From Auanema rhodensis (lineage: Eukaryota; Animalia; Nematoda): a stretch of DNA of 64,000 bases. The notes below the pieces were generated by a model. That model had not been told where the DNA came from and searched no databases. It saw only the letters and a list, made by a program, of their open reading frames with translations. The position numbers and the translations under genes are program-made. Shown here in pieces: positions 15,001 to 30,000 of the stretch; within the stretch, counting starts at the first letter, position 1; each line of letters begins with the position of its first letter. Location: contig OZ059899.1 of assembly GCA_964057225.1 (NCBI GenBank), forward strand, positions 19,840,001-19,904,000, read 5' to 3'.

Positions 15001-18000
15001 CGAATGCACTATACAACATTGAGAAACGCTTAATACAAAAATTAGTTATGATCGTTTGAAAAATGATGCATTAGTGTATGTTGAGTTTCCATGTACACTC
15101 AACATTGCTTCCAAAAACATTTTGACAAAAATTTTTCCAAAAAATTTCGAAAAAATTTCGCGAAAAGTAGATGTTTTTAGATTCCTTTTTCCAAGGCAAA
15201 GACGATGGACAATGTTATTCAACGAAAAAATTTTTTCTGCAGGGTGAAAATCGAGGATATAAGTGTGAACTTATATCAGTTCATATCTCGGTGCATTTTT
15301 AAGCTAGCGCAAATCTGATAACACAGATCGACGCAGCTTAAAAATCCGCATCGAATGCACTATACAACATTGAGAAACGCTTGATACAAAAATTAGTTAT
15401 GATCGTTTGAAAAATGATGCATTAGTGTATGTTGAGTTTCCATGTACACTCAACATTGCTTCCAAAAACATTTTGACAAAAATTTTTCCGAAAAATTTCA
15501 AAATAATTTCGCGAAAAGTAGATGTTTTCAGATTCCTTTTTTCAAGGCAAAGACGATGGACAATGTTATTCAACGAAAAAATTAATTCTCCAGGGTGAAA
15601 ATCGAGGATATAAGTGTGAACTTATATCAGTTGATATCTCGGTGCAATTTTAAGCTAGCGCAAATCTGATAATACAGATCGACGCAGCTTAAAAATCCGC
15701 TTCGAATGCACTATACTGCATTGAGAAACGCTTAATACAAAAGTTAGTTATGATCGTTTGAAAAATGATGCATTAGTGTATGTTGAGTTTCCATGTACAC
15801 TCAACATTGCTTCCAAAAACATTTTGACAAAAATTTTTCCGAAAAATTTCAAAATAATTTCGCAAAAAGTAGATGTTTTTAGATATCTTTTTTCAAGGCA
15901 GAGACGATGGACAATGTTATTCAACGAAAAAATTAATTCTGCAGGGTGAAAATCGAGGATATAAGTGTGAACTTATATCAGTTGATATCTCGGTGCATTT
16001 TTAAGCTAGCGCAAATCTGATAACACAGATCGACGCTGCTTAAAAATCCGCATCGAATGCACTATACAACATTGAGAAACGCTTAATACAAAAGTTAGTT
16101 ATGATCGTTTGAAAAATGATGCATTAGTGTATGTTGAGTTTCCATGTACACTCAACATTGCTTCCAAAAACATTTTGACAAAAATTTTTCCGAAAAATTT
16201 CAAAATAATTTCGCGAAAAGTAGATGTTTTTAGATTCCTTTTTTCAAGGCAAAGACGATGGACAATGTTATTCAACGAAAAAATTAATTCTCCAGGGTGA
16301 AAATCGAGGATATAAGTGTGAACTTATATCAGTTGATATCTCGGTGCAATTTTAAGCTAGCGCAAATCTGATAATACAGATCGACGCAGCTTAAAAATCC
16401 GCTTCGAATGCACTATACTGCATTGAGAAACGCTTAATACAAAAGTTAGTTATGATCGTTTGAAAAATGATGCATTAGTGTATGTTGAGTTTCCATGTAC
16501 ACTCAACATTGCTTCCAAAAACATTTTGACAAAAATTTTTCCGAAAAATTTCAAAATAATTTCGCAAAAAGTAGATGTTTTTAGATATCTTTTTTCAAGG
16601 CAGAGACGATGGACAATGTTATTCAACGAAAAAATTAATTCTGCAGGGTGAAAATCGAGGATATAAGTGTGAACTTATATCAGTTGATATCTCGGTGCAT
16701 TTTTAAGCTAGCGCAAATCTGATAACACAGATCGACGCTGCTTAAAAATCCGCATCGAATGCACTATACAACATTGAGAAACGCTTAATACAAAAGTTAG
16801 TTATGATCGTTTGAAAAATGATGCATTAGTGTATGTTGAGTTTCCATGTACACTCAACATTGCTTCCAAAAACATTTTGACAAAAATTTTTCCGAAAAAT
16901 TTCAAAATAATTTCGCGAAAAGTAGATGTTTTTAGATTCCTTTTTTCAAGGCAAAGACGATGGACAATGTTATTCAACGAAAAAATTAATTCTCCAGGGT
17001 GAAAATCGAGGATATAAGTGTGAACTTATATCAGTTGATATCTCGGTGCAATTTTAAGCTAGCGCAAATCTGATAATACAGATCGACGCAGCTTAAAAAT
17101 CCGCTTCGAATGCACTATACTGCATTGAGAAACGCTTAATACAAAAGTTAGTTATGATCGTTTGAAAAATGATGCATTAGTGTATGTTGAGTTTCCATGT
17201 ACACTCAACATTGCTTCCAAAAACATTTTGACAAAAATTTTTCCGAAAAATTTCAAAATAATTTCGCAAAAAGTAGATGTTTTTAGATATCTTTTTTCAA
17301 GGCAGAGACGATGGACAATGTTATTCAACGAAAAAATTAATTCTGCAGGGTGAAAATCGAGGATATAAGTGTGAACTTATATCAGTTGATATCTCGGTGC
17401 ATTTTTAAGCTAGCGCAAATCTGATAACACAGATCGACGCTGCTTAAAAATCCGCATCGAATGCACTATACAACATTGAGAAACGCTTAATACAAAAGTT
17501 AGTTATGATCGTTTGAAAAATGATGCATTAGTGTATGTTGAGTTTCCATGTACACTCAACATTGCTTCCAAAAACATTTTGACAAAAATTTTTCCGAAAA
17601 ATTTCAAAATAATTTCGCAAAAAGTAGATGTTTTTAGATTCCTTTTTTCAAGGCAGAGACGATGGACAATGTTATTCAACGAAAAAATTAATTCTGCAGG
17701 GTGAAAATCGAGGATATAAGTGTGAACTTATATCAGTTGATATCTCGGTGCATTTTTAAGCTAGCGCAAATCTGATAACACAGATCGACGCAGCTTAAAA
17801 ATCCGCATCGAATGCACTATACAACATTGAGAAACGCTTAATACAAAAGTTAGTTATGATCGTTTGAAAAATGATGCATTAGTGTATGTTGAGTTTCCAT
17901 GTACACTCAACATTGCTTCCAAAAACATTTTTACAAAAATTTTTCCGAAAAATTTCAAAATAATTTCGCAAAAAATAGATGTTTTTAGATTCCTTTTTTC

Positions 18001-21000
18001 AAGGCAAAGACGATGGACAATGTTATTCAACGAAAAAATTAATTCTGCAGGGTGAAAATCGAGGATATAAGTGTGAACTTATATCAGTTGATATCTCGGT
18101 GCATTTTTAAGCTAGCGCAAATCTGATAACACAGATCGACGCAGCTTAAAAATCCACATCGAATGCACTATACTACATTGAGAAACGCTTGATACAAAAA
18201 TTAGTTATGATCGTTTGAAAAATGATGCATTAGTGTATGTTGAGTTTCCATGTACACTCAACATTGCTTCCAAAAACATTTTGACAAAAATTTTTCCGAA
18301 AAATTTCAAAATAATTTCGCAAAAAGTAGATGTTTTTAGATTCCTTTTTTCAAGGCAGAGACGATGGACAATGTTATTCAACGAAAAAATTAATTCTGCA
18401 GGGTGAAAATCGAGGATATAAGTGTGAACTTATATCAGTTGATATCTCGGTGCATTTTTAAGCTAGCGCAAATCTGATAACACAGATCGACGCAGCTTAA
18501 AAATCCGCATCGAATGCACTATACAACATTGAGAAACGCTTAATACAAAAGTTAGTTATGATCGTTTGAAAAATGATGCATTAGTGTATGTTGAGTTTCC
18601 ATGTACACTCAACATTGCTTCCAAAAACATTTTTACAAAAATTTTTCCGAAAAATTTCAAAATAATTTCGCAAAAAATAGATGTTTTTAGATTCCTTTTT
18701 TCAAGGCAAAGACGATGGACAATGTTATTCAACGAAAAAATTAATTCTGCAGGGTGAAAATCGAGGATATAAGTGTGAACTTATATCAGTTGATATCTCG
18801 GTGCATTTTTAAGCTAGCGCAAATCTGATAACACAGATCGACGCAGCTTACAAATCCGCATCGAATGCACTATACAACATTGAGAAACGCTTAATACAAA
18901 AGTTAGTTATGATCGTTTGAAAAATGATGCATTAGTGTATGTTGAGTTTCCATGTACACTCAACATTGCTTCCAAAAACATTTTGACAAAAATTTTTCCG
19001 AAAAATTTCAAAATAATTTCGCAAAAAGTAGATGTTTTTAGATTCCTTTTTTCAAGGCAGAGACGATGGACAATGTTATTCAACGAAAAAATTAATTCTG
19101 CAGGGTGAAAATCGAGGATATAAGTGTGAACTTATATCAGTTGATATCTCGGTGAATTTTTAAGCTAGCGCAAATCTGATAACACAGATCGACGCAGCTT
19201 AAAAATCCGCATCGAATGCACTATACAACATTGAGAAACGCTTAATACAAAAGTTAGTTATGATCGTTTGAAAAATGATGAATTAGTGTATGTTGAGTTT
19301 CCATGTACACTCAACATTGCTTCCAAAAACATTTTTACAAAAATTTTTCCGAAAAATTTCAAAATAATTTCGCAAAAAATAGATGTTTTTAGATTCCTTT
19401 TTTCAAGGCAAAGACGATGGACAATGTTATTCAACGAAAAAATTATTTCTGCAGGGTGAAAATCGAGGATATAAGTGTGAACTTATATCAGTTGATATCT
19501 CGGGGCATTTTTAAGCTAGCGCAAATCTGATAACACAGATCGACGCAGCTTAAAAATCCGCATCGAATGCACTATACATCATTGAGAAACGCTTGATACA
19601 AAAATTAGTTATGATCGTTTGAAAAATGATGCATTAGTGTATGTTGAGTTTCCATGTACACTCAACATAGCTTCCAAAAACATTTTGACAAAAATTTTTC
19701 CGAAAAATTTCAAAATAAATTCGCAAAAAGTAGATGTTTTTAGATTCCTTTTTTCAAGACAAAGACGATGGACAATGTTATTCAACGAAAAAATTAATTC
19801 TGCAGGGTGAAAATCGAGGATATAAGTGTGAACTTATATCAGTTGATATCTCGGTGCATTTTTAAGCTAGCGCAAATCTGATAACACAGATCGACGCAGC
19901 TTAAAAATCCGCATCGAATACACTATACTGCATTGAGAAACGCTTAATACAAAAATTAGTTATGATCGTTTGAAAAATGATGCATTAGTGTATGTTGAGT
20001 TTCCATGTACACTCAACATTGCTTCCAAAAACATTTTGACAAAAATTTTTCCGAAAAATTTCGAAAAAATTTCGCAAAAAGTAGATGTTTTTAGATTCCT
20101 TTTTTCAAGGCAGAGACGATGGACAATGTTATTCAACGAAAAAATTAATTCTGCAGGGTGAAAATCGAGGATATAAGTGTGAACTTATATCAGTTGATAT
20201 CTCGGTGCATTTTTAAGCTAGCGCAAATCTGATAACACAGATCGACGCAACTTAAAAATCCGCATCGAATGCACTATACAACATTGAAAAACGCTTAATA
20301 CAAAAGTTAGTTATGATCGTTTGAAAAATGATGCATTAGTGTATGTTGAGTTTCCATGTACACTCAACATTGCTTCCAAAAACATTTTTACAAAAATTTT
20401 TCCGAAAAATTTCAAGATAATTTCGCAAAAAATAGATGTTTTTAGATTCCTTTTTTCAAGGCAAAGACGATGGACAATGTTATTCAACGAAAAAATTAAT
20501 TCTGCAGGGTGAAAATCGAGGATATAAGTGTGAACTTATATCAGTTGATATCTCGGTGCATTTTTAAGCTAGCGCAAATCTGATAACACAGATCGACGCA
20601 GCTTAAAAATCCACATCGAATGCACTATACTACATTGAGAAACGCTCAATACAAAAATTAGTTATGATCGTTTGAAAAATGATGCATTAGTGTATGTTGA
20701 GTTTCCATGTACACTCAACATAGCTTCCAAAAACATTTTGACAAAAATTTTTCCGAAAAATTTCAAAATAATTTCGCGAAAAGTAGATGTTTTTAGATTC
20801 CTTTTTTCAAGGCAAAGACGATGGACAATGTTATTCAACGAAAAAATTATTTCTGCAGGGTGAAAATCGAGGATATAAGTGTGAACTTATATCAGTTGAT
20901 ATCTCGGGGCGTTTTTAAGCTAGCGCAAATCTGATAACACAGATCGACGCAGCTTAAAAATCCGCATCGAATGCACTATACATCATTGAGAAACGCTTGA

Positions 21001-24000
21001 TACAAAAATTAGTTATGATCGTTTGAAAAATGATGCATTAGTGTATGTTGAGTTTCCATGTACACTCAACATAGCTTCCAAAAACATTTTGACAAAAATT
21101 TTTCCGAAAAATTTCAAAATAAATTCGCAAAAAATAGATGTTTTTAGATTCCTTTTTTCAAGGCAAAGACGATGGACAATGTTATTCAACGAAAAAATTA
21201 ATTCTGCAGGGTGAAAATCGAGGATATAAGTGTGAACTTATATCAGTTGATATCTCGGTGCATTTTTAAGCTAGCGCAAATCTGATAACACAGATCGACG
21301 CAGCTTAAAAATCCGCATCGAATACACTATACTGCATTGAGAAACGCTTAATACAAAAATTAGTTATGATCGTTTGAAAAATGATGCATTAGTGTATGTT
21401 GAGTTTCCATGTACACTCAACATTGCTTCCAAAAACATTTTGACAAAAATTTTTCCGAAAAATTTTGAAATAATTTCGCAAAAAGTAGGTGTTTTTAGAT
21501 TGCTTTTTTCAAGGCAAAGACGATGGACAATGTTATTCATCGGAAAAATTAATTCTGCAGGGTGAAAATCGAGGATATAAGTGTGAACTTATATCAGTTG
21601 ATATCTCGGTGCATTTTTAAGCTAGCGCAAATTTGATAACACAGATCGACGCAGCTTAAAAATCCGCATCGAATGCACTATACTACATTGAGAAACGCTT
21701 AATACAAAAATTAGTTATGATCGTTTGAAAAATGATGCATTAGTGTATGTTGAGTTTCCATGTACACTCAACATTGCTTCCAAAAACATTTTGACAAAAA
21801 TGTTTCCGAAAAATTTCAAAATAATTTCGCGAAAAGTAGATGTTTTTAGATTCCTTTTTTCAAGGCAAAGACGATAGACAATGTTATTCAACGAAAAAAT
21901 TATTTCTGCAGGGTGAAAATCGAGGATATAAGTGTGAACTTATATCAGTTGATATCTCGGTGCATTTTTAAGCTAGCGCAAATCTGATAACACAGATCGA
22001 CGCAGCTTAAAAATCCGCATCGAATGCACTATACATCATTGAGAAACGTTTAATACAAAAATTAGTTATGATCGTTTGAAAAATGATGCATTAGTGTATA
22101 TTGAGTTTCCATGTACACTCAACATAGCTTCCAAAAACATTTTGACAAAAATTTTTCCGAAAAATTTCGAAATAAATTCGCAAAAAGTAGATGTTTTTAG
22201 ATTCCTTTTTTCAAGGCAAAGACGATGGACAATGTTATTCAACGAAAAAATTAATTCTGCAGGGTGAAAATCGAGGATATAAGTGTGAACTTATATCAGT
22301 TGATATCTCGGTGCATTTTTAAGCTAGCGCAAATCTGATAACACAGATCGACGCAGCTTAAAAATCCACATCGAATGCACTATACTACATTGAGAAACGC
22401 TTGATACAAAAATTAGTTATGATCGTTTGAAAAATGATGCATTAGTGTATGTTGAGTTTCCATGTACACTCAACATAGCTTCCAAAAACATTTTGACAAA
22501 AATTTTTCCGAAAAATTTCAAAATAATTTCGCGAAAAGTAGATGTTTTTAGATTCCTTTTTTCAAGGCAAAGACGATGGACAATGTTATTCAACGAAAAA
22601 ATTATTTCTGCAGGGTGAAAATCGAGGATATAAGTGTGAACTTATATCAGTTGATATCTCGGGGCGTTTTTAAGCTAGCGCAAATCTGATAACACAGATC
22701 GACGCAGCTTAAAACTCCGCATCGAATGCACTATACATCATTGAGAAACGCTTGATACAAAAATTAGTTATGATCGTTTGAAAAATGATGCATTAGTGTA
22801 TGTTGAGTTTCCATGTACACTCAACATTGCTTCCAAAAACATTTTTACAAAAATTTTTCCGAAAAATTTCAAGATAATTTCGCAAAAAATAGATGTTTTT
22901 AGATTCCTTTTTTCAAGGCAAAGACGATGAACAATGTTATTCAACGAAAAAATTATTTCTGCAGGGTGAAAATCGAGGATATAAGTGTGAACTTATATCA
23001 GTTGATATCTCGGGGCGTTTTTGAGCTAGCGCAAATCTGATAACACAGATCGACGCAGCTTAAAAATCCGCATCGAATACACTATACTGCATTGAGAAAC
23101 GCTTAATACAAAAATTAGTTATGATCGTTTGAAAAATGATGCATTAGTGTATGTTGAGTTTCCATGTACACTCAACATTGCTTCCAAAAACATTTTGACA
23201 AAAATGTTTCCGAAAAATTTCAAAATAATTTCGCGAAAAGTAGATGTTTTTAGATTCCTTTTTTCAAGGCAAAGACGATAGACAATGTTATTCAACGAAA
23301 AAATTATTTCTGCAGGGTGAAAATCGAGGATATAAGTGTGAACTTATATCAGTTGATATCTCGGTGCATTTTTAAGCTAGCGCAAATCTGATAACACAGA
23401 TCGACGCAGCTTAAAAATCCGCATCGAATGCACTATACATCATTGAGAAACGTTTAATACAAAAATTAGTTATGATCGTTTGAAAAATGATGCATTAGTG
23501 TATATTGAGTTTCCATGTACACTCAACATAGCTTCCAAAAACATTTTGACAAAAATTTTTCCGAAAAATTTCGAAATAAATTCGCAAAAAGTAGATGTTT
23601 TTAGATTCCTTTTTTCAAGGCAAAGACGATGGACAATGTTATTCAACGAAAAAATTAATTCTGCAGGGTGAAAATCGAGGATATAAGTGTGAACTTATAT
23701 CAGTTGATATCTCGGTGCATTTTTAAGCTAGCGCAAATCTGATAACACAGATCGACGCAGCTTAAAAATCCACATCGAATGCACTATACTACATTGAGAA
23801 ACGCTTGATACAAAAATTAGTTATGATCGTTTGAAAAATGATGCATTAGTGTATGTTGAGTTTCCATGTACACTCAACATAGCTTCCAAAAACATTTTGA
23901 CAAAAATTTTTCCGAAAAATTTCAAAATAATTTCGCGAAAAGTAGATGTTTTTAGATTCCTTTTTTCAAGGCAAAGACGATGGACAATGTTATTCAACGA

Positions 24001-27000
24001 AAAAATTATTTCTGCAGGGTGAAAATCGAGGATATAAGTGTGAACTTATATCAGTTGATATCTCGGGGCGTTTTTAAGCTAGCGCAAATCTGATAACACA
24101 GATCGACGCAGCTTAAAACTCCGCATCGAATGCACTATACATCATTGAGAAACGCTTGATACAAAAATTAGTTATGATCGTTTGAAAAATGATGCATTAG
24201 TGTATGTTGAGTTTCCATGTACACTCAACATTGCTTCCAAAAACATTTTTACAAAAATTTTTCCGAAAAATTTCAAGATAATTTCGCAAAAAATAGATGT
24301 TTTTAGATTCCTTTTTTCAAGGCAAAGACGATGAACAATGTTATTCAACGAAAAAATTATTTCTGCAGGGTGAAAATCGAGGATATAAGTGTGAACTTAT
24401 ATCAGTTGATATCTCGGGGCGTTTTTAAGCTAGCGCAAATCTGATAACACAGATCGACGCAGCTTAAAAATCCGCATCGAATACACTATACTGCATTGAG
24501 AAACGCTTAATACAAAAATTAGTTATGATCGTTTGAAAAATGATGCATTAGTGTATGTTGAGTTTCCATGTACACTCAACATTGCTTCCAAAAACATTTT
24601 GACAAAAATGTTTCCGAAAAATTTCAAAATAATTTCGCGAAAAGTAGATGTTTTTAGATTCCTTTTTTCAAGGCAAAGACGATAGACAATGTTATTCAAC
24701 GAAAAAATTATTTCTGCAGGGTGAAAATCGAGGATATAAGTGTGAACTTATATCAGTTGATATCTCGGTGCATTTTTAAGCTAGCGCAAATCTGATAACA
24801 CAGATCGACGCAGCTTAAAAATCCGCATCGAATGCACTATACATCATTGAGAAACGTTTAATACAAAAATTAGTTATGATCGTTTGAAAAATGATGCATT
24901 AGTGTATATTGAGTTTCCATGTACACTCAACATAGCTTCCAAAAACATTTTGACAAAAATTTTTCCGAAAAATTTCGAAATAAATTCGCAAAAAGTAGAT
25001 GTTTTTAGATTCCTTTTTTCAAGGCAAAGACGATGGACAATGTTATTCAACGAAAAAATTAATTCTGCAGGGTGAAAATCGAGGATATAAGTGTGAACTT
25101 ATATCAGTTGATATCTCGGTGCATTTTTAAGCTAGCGCAAATCTGATAACACAGATCGACGCAGCTTAAAAATCCACATCGAATGCACTATACTACATTG
25201 AGAAACGCTTGATACAAAAATTAGTTATGATCGTTTGAAAAATGATGCATTAGTGTATGTTGAGTTTCCATGTACACTCAACATAGCTTCCAAAAACATT
25301 TTGACAAAAATTTTTCCGAAAAATTTCAAAATAATTTCGCGAAAAGTAGATGTTTTTAGATTCCTTTTTTCAAGGCAAAGACGATGGACAATGTTATTCA
25401 ACGAAAAAATTATTTCTGCAGGGTGAAAATCGAGGATATAAGTGTGAACTTATATCAGTTGATATCTCGGGGCGTTTTTAAGCTAGCGCAAATCTGATAA
25501 CACAGATCGACGCAGCTTAAAAATCCGCATCGAATGCACTATACATCATTGAGAAACGCTTGATACAAAAATTAGTTATGATCGTTTGAAAAATGATGCA
25601 TTAGTGTATGTTGAGTTTCCATGTACACTCAACATTGCTTCCAAAAACATTTTTACAAAAATTTTTCCGAAAAATTTCAAGATAATTTCGCAAAAAATAG
25701 ATGTTTTTAGATTCCTTTTTTCAAGGCAAAGACGATGAACAATGTTATTCAACGAAAAAATTATTTCTGCAGGGTGAAAATCGAGGATATAAGTGTGAAC
25801 TTATATCAGTTGATATCTCGGGGCGTTTTTAAGCTAGCGCAAATCTGATAACACAGATCGACGCAGCTTAAAAATCCGCATCGAATACACTATACTGCAT
25901 TGAGAAACGCTTAATACAAAAATTAGTTATGATCGTTTGAAAAATGATGCATTAGTGTATGTTGAGTTTCCATGTACACTCAACATTGCTTCCAAAAACA
26001 TTTTTACAAAAATTTTTCCGAAAAATTTCAAGATAATTTCGCAAAAAATAGATGTTTTTAGATTCCTTTTTTCAAGGCAAAGACGATGGACAATGTTATT
26101 CAACGAAAAAATTAATTCTGCAGGGTGAAAATCGAGGATATAAGTGTGAACTTATATCAGTTGATATCTCGGTGCATTTTTAAGCTAGCGCAAATCTGAT
26201 AACACAGATCGACGCAGCTCAAAAATCCACATCGAATGCACTATACTACATTGAGAAACGCTTGATACAAAAATTAGTTATGATCGTTTGAAAAATGATG
26301 CATTAGTGTATGTTGAGTTTCCATGTACACTCAACATAGCTTCCAAAAACATTTTGACAAAAATTTTTCCGAAAAATTTCAAAATAATTTCGCGAAAAGT
26401 AGATGTTTTTAGATTCCTTTTTTCAAGGCAAAGACGATGGACAATGTTATTCAACGAAAAAATTATTTCTGCAGGGTGAAAATCGAGGATATAAGTGTGA
26501 ACTTATATCAGTTGATATCTCGGGGCGTTTTTAAGCTAGCGCAAATCTGATAACACAGATCGACGCAGCTTAAAAATCCGCATCGAATGCACTATACATC
26601 ATTGAGAAACGCTTGATACAAAAATTAGTTATGATCGTTTGAAAAATGATGCATTAGTGTATGTTGAGTTTCCATGTACACTCAACATAGCTTCCAAAAA
26701 CATTTTGACAAAAATTTTTCCGAAAAATTTCAAAATAAATTCGCAAAAAATAGATGTTTTTAGATTCCTTTTTTCAAGGCAAAGACGATGGACAATGTTA
26801 TTCAACGAAAAAATTAATTCTGCAGGGTGAAAATCGAGGATATAAGTGTGAACTTATATCAGTTGATATCTCGGTGCATTTTTAAGCTAGCGCAAATCTG
26901 ATAACACAGATCGACGCAGCTTAAAAATCCGCATCGAATACACTATACTGCATTGAGAAACGCTTAATACAAAAATTAGTTATGATCGTTTGAAAAATGA

Positions 27001-30000
27001 TGCATTAGTGTATGTTGAGTTTCCATGTACACTCAACATTGCTTCCAAAAACATTTTGACAAAAATTTTTCCGAAAAATTTTGAAATAATTTCGCAAAAA
27101 GTAGGTGTTTTTAGATTGCTTTTTTCAAGGCAAAGACGATGGACAATGTTATTCATCGGAAAAATTAATTCTGCAGGGTGAAAATCGAGGATATAAGTGT
27201 GAACTTATATCAGTTGATATCTCGGTGCATTTTTAAGCTAGCGCAAATCTGATAACAAAGATCGACGCAGCTTAAAAATCCGCATCGAATGCACTATACT
27301 ACATTGAGAAACGCTTAATACAAAAATTAGTTATGATCGTTTGAAAAATGATGCATTAGTGTATGTTGAGTTTCCATGTACACTCAACATTGCTTCCAAA
27401 AACATTTTGACAAAAATGTTTCCGAAAAATTTCAAAATAATTTCGCGAAAAGTAGATGTTTTTAGATTCCTTTTTTCAAGGCAAAGACGATAGACAATGT
27501 TATTCAACGAAAAAATTATTTCTGCAGGGTGAAAATCGAGGATATAAGTGTGAACTTATATCAGTTGATATCTCGGTGCATTTTTAAGCTAGCGCAAATC
27601 TGATAACACAGATCGACGCAGCTTAAAAATCCGCATCGAATGCACTATACATCATTGAGAAACGTTTAATACAAAAATTAGTTATGATCGTTTGAAAAAT
27701 GATGCATTAGTGTATATTGAGTTTCCATGTACACTCAACATAGCTTCCAAAAACATTTTGACAAAAATTTTTCCGAAAAATTTCGAAATAAATTCGCAAA
27801 AAGTAGATGGTTTTAGATTCCTTTTTCCAAGGCAAAGACGATGGACAATGTTATTCAACGAAAAAATTAATTCTGCAGGGTGAAAATCGAGGATATAAGT
27901 GTGAACTTATATCAGTTGATATCTCGGTGCATTTTTAAGCTAGCGCAAATCTGATAACACAGATCGACGCAGCTTAAAAATCCGCATCGAATACACTATA
28001 CTGCATTGAGAAACGCTTAATACAAAAATTAGTTATGATCGTTTGAAAAATGATGCATTAGTGTATGTTGAGTTTCCATGTACACTCAACATTGCTTCCA
28101 AAAACATTTTGACAAAAATTTTTCCGAAAAATTTTGAAATAATTTCGCAAAAAGTAGGTGTTTTTAGATTCCTTTTTTCAAGGCAAAGACGATGGACAAT
28201 GTTATTCATCGAAAAAATTAATTCTGCAGGGTGAAAATCGAGGATATAAGTGTGAACTTATATCAGTTGATATCTCGGTGCATTTTTAAGCTAGCGCAAA
28301 TCTGATAACACAGATCGACGCAGCTTAAAAATCCGCATCGAATGCACTATACTGCATTGAGAAACGCTTAATACAAAAATTAGTTATGATCGTTTGAAAA
28401 ATGATGCATTAGTGTATGTTGAGTTTCCATGTACACTCAACATTGCTTCCAAAAACATTTTGACAAAAATTTTTCCGAAAAATTTTGAAATAATTTCGCA
28501 AAAAGTAGGTGTTTTTAGATTCCTTTTTTCAAGGCAAAGACGATGGACAATGTTATTCATCGAAAAAATTAATTCTGCAGGGTGAAAATCGAGGATATAA
28601 GTGTGAACTTATATCAGTTGATATCTCGGTGCATTTTTAAGCTAGCGCAAATCTGATAACACAGATCGACGCAGCTTAAAAATCCGCATCGAATGCACTA
28701 TACTCCATTGAGAAACGCTTAATACAAAAGTTAGTTATGATCGTTTGAAAAATGATGCATTAGTGTATGTTGAGTTTCCATGTACACTCAACATAGCTTC
28801 CAAAAACATTTTGACAAAAATTTTTCCGAAAAATTTCGAAATAAATTCGCAAAAAGTAGATGTTTTTAGATTCCTTTTTTCAAGGCAAAGACGATGGACA
28901 ATGTTATTCAACGAAAAAATTAATTCTGCAGGGTGAAAATCGAGGATATAAGTGTGAACGTATATCAGTTGATATCTCGGTGCATTTTTAAGCTAGCGCA
29001 AATCTGATAACACAGATCGACGCAGCTTAAAAATCCGCATCGAATGCACTATATTACATTGAGAAACGCTTGATACAAAAATTAGTTATGATCGTTTGAA
29101 AAAAGATGCATTAGTGTATGTTGAGTTTCCATGTACACTCAACATTGCTTCCAAAAACATTTTGACAAAAATTTTTCCAAAAAATTTCAAAATAATTTCG
29201 CAAAAAGTAAATGTTTTTAGATTCCTTTTTTCAAGGCAAAGACGATGGACAATGTTATTCAACGAAAAAATTAATTCTGCAGGGTGAAAATCGAGGATAT
29301 AAGTGTGAACTTATATCAGTTGATATCTCGGTGCATTTTTAAGCTAGCGCAAATCTGATAACACAGATCGACGCAGCTTAAAAATCCGCATCGAATGCAC
29401 TATACTACATTGAGAAACGCTTAATACAAAAATTAGTTATGATCGTTTGAAAAATGATGCATTAGTGTATGTTGAGTTTCCATGTACACTCAACATTGCT
29501 TCCAAAAACATTTTGACAAAAATGTTTCCGAAAAATTTCAAAATAATTTCGCGAAAAGTAGATGTTTTTAGATTCCTTTTTTCAAGGCAAAGACGATAGA
29601 CAATGTTATTCAACGAAAAAATTATTTCTGCAGGGTGAAAATCGAGGATATAAGTGTGAACTTATATCAGTTGATATCTCGGTGCATTTTTAAGCTAGCG
29701 CAAATCTGATAACACAGATCGACGCAGCTTAAAAATCCGCATCGAATGCACTATACATCATTGAGAAACGTTTAATACAAAAATTAGTTATGATCGTTTG
29801 AAAAATGATGCATTAGTGTATATTGAGTTTCCATGTACACTCAACATAGCTTCCAAAAACATTTTGACAAAAATTTTTCCGAAAAATTTCGAAATAAATT
29901 CGCAAAAAGTAGATGGTTTTAGATTCCTTTTTCCAAGGCAAAGACGATGGACAATGTTATTCAACGAAAAAATTAATTCTGCAGGGTGAAAATCGAGGAT

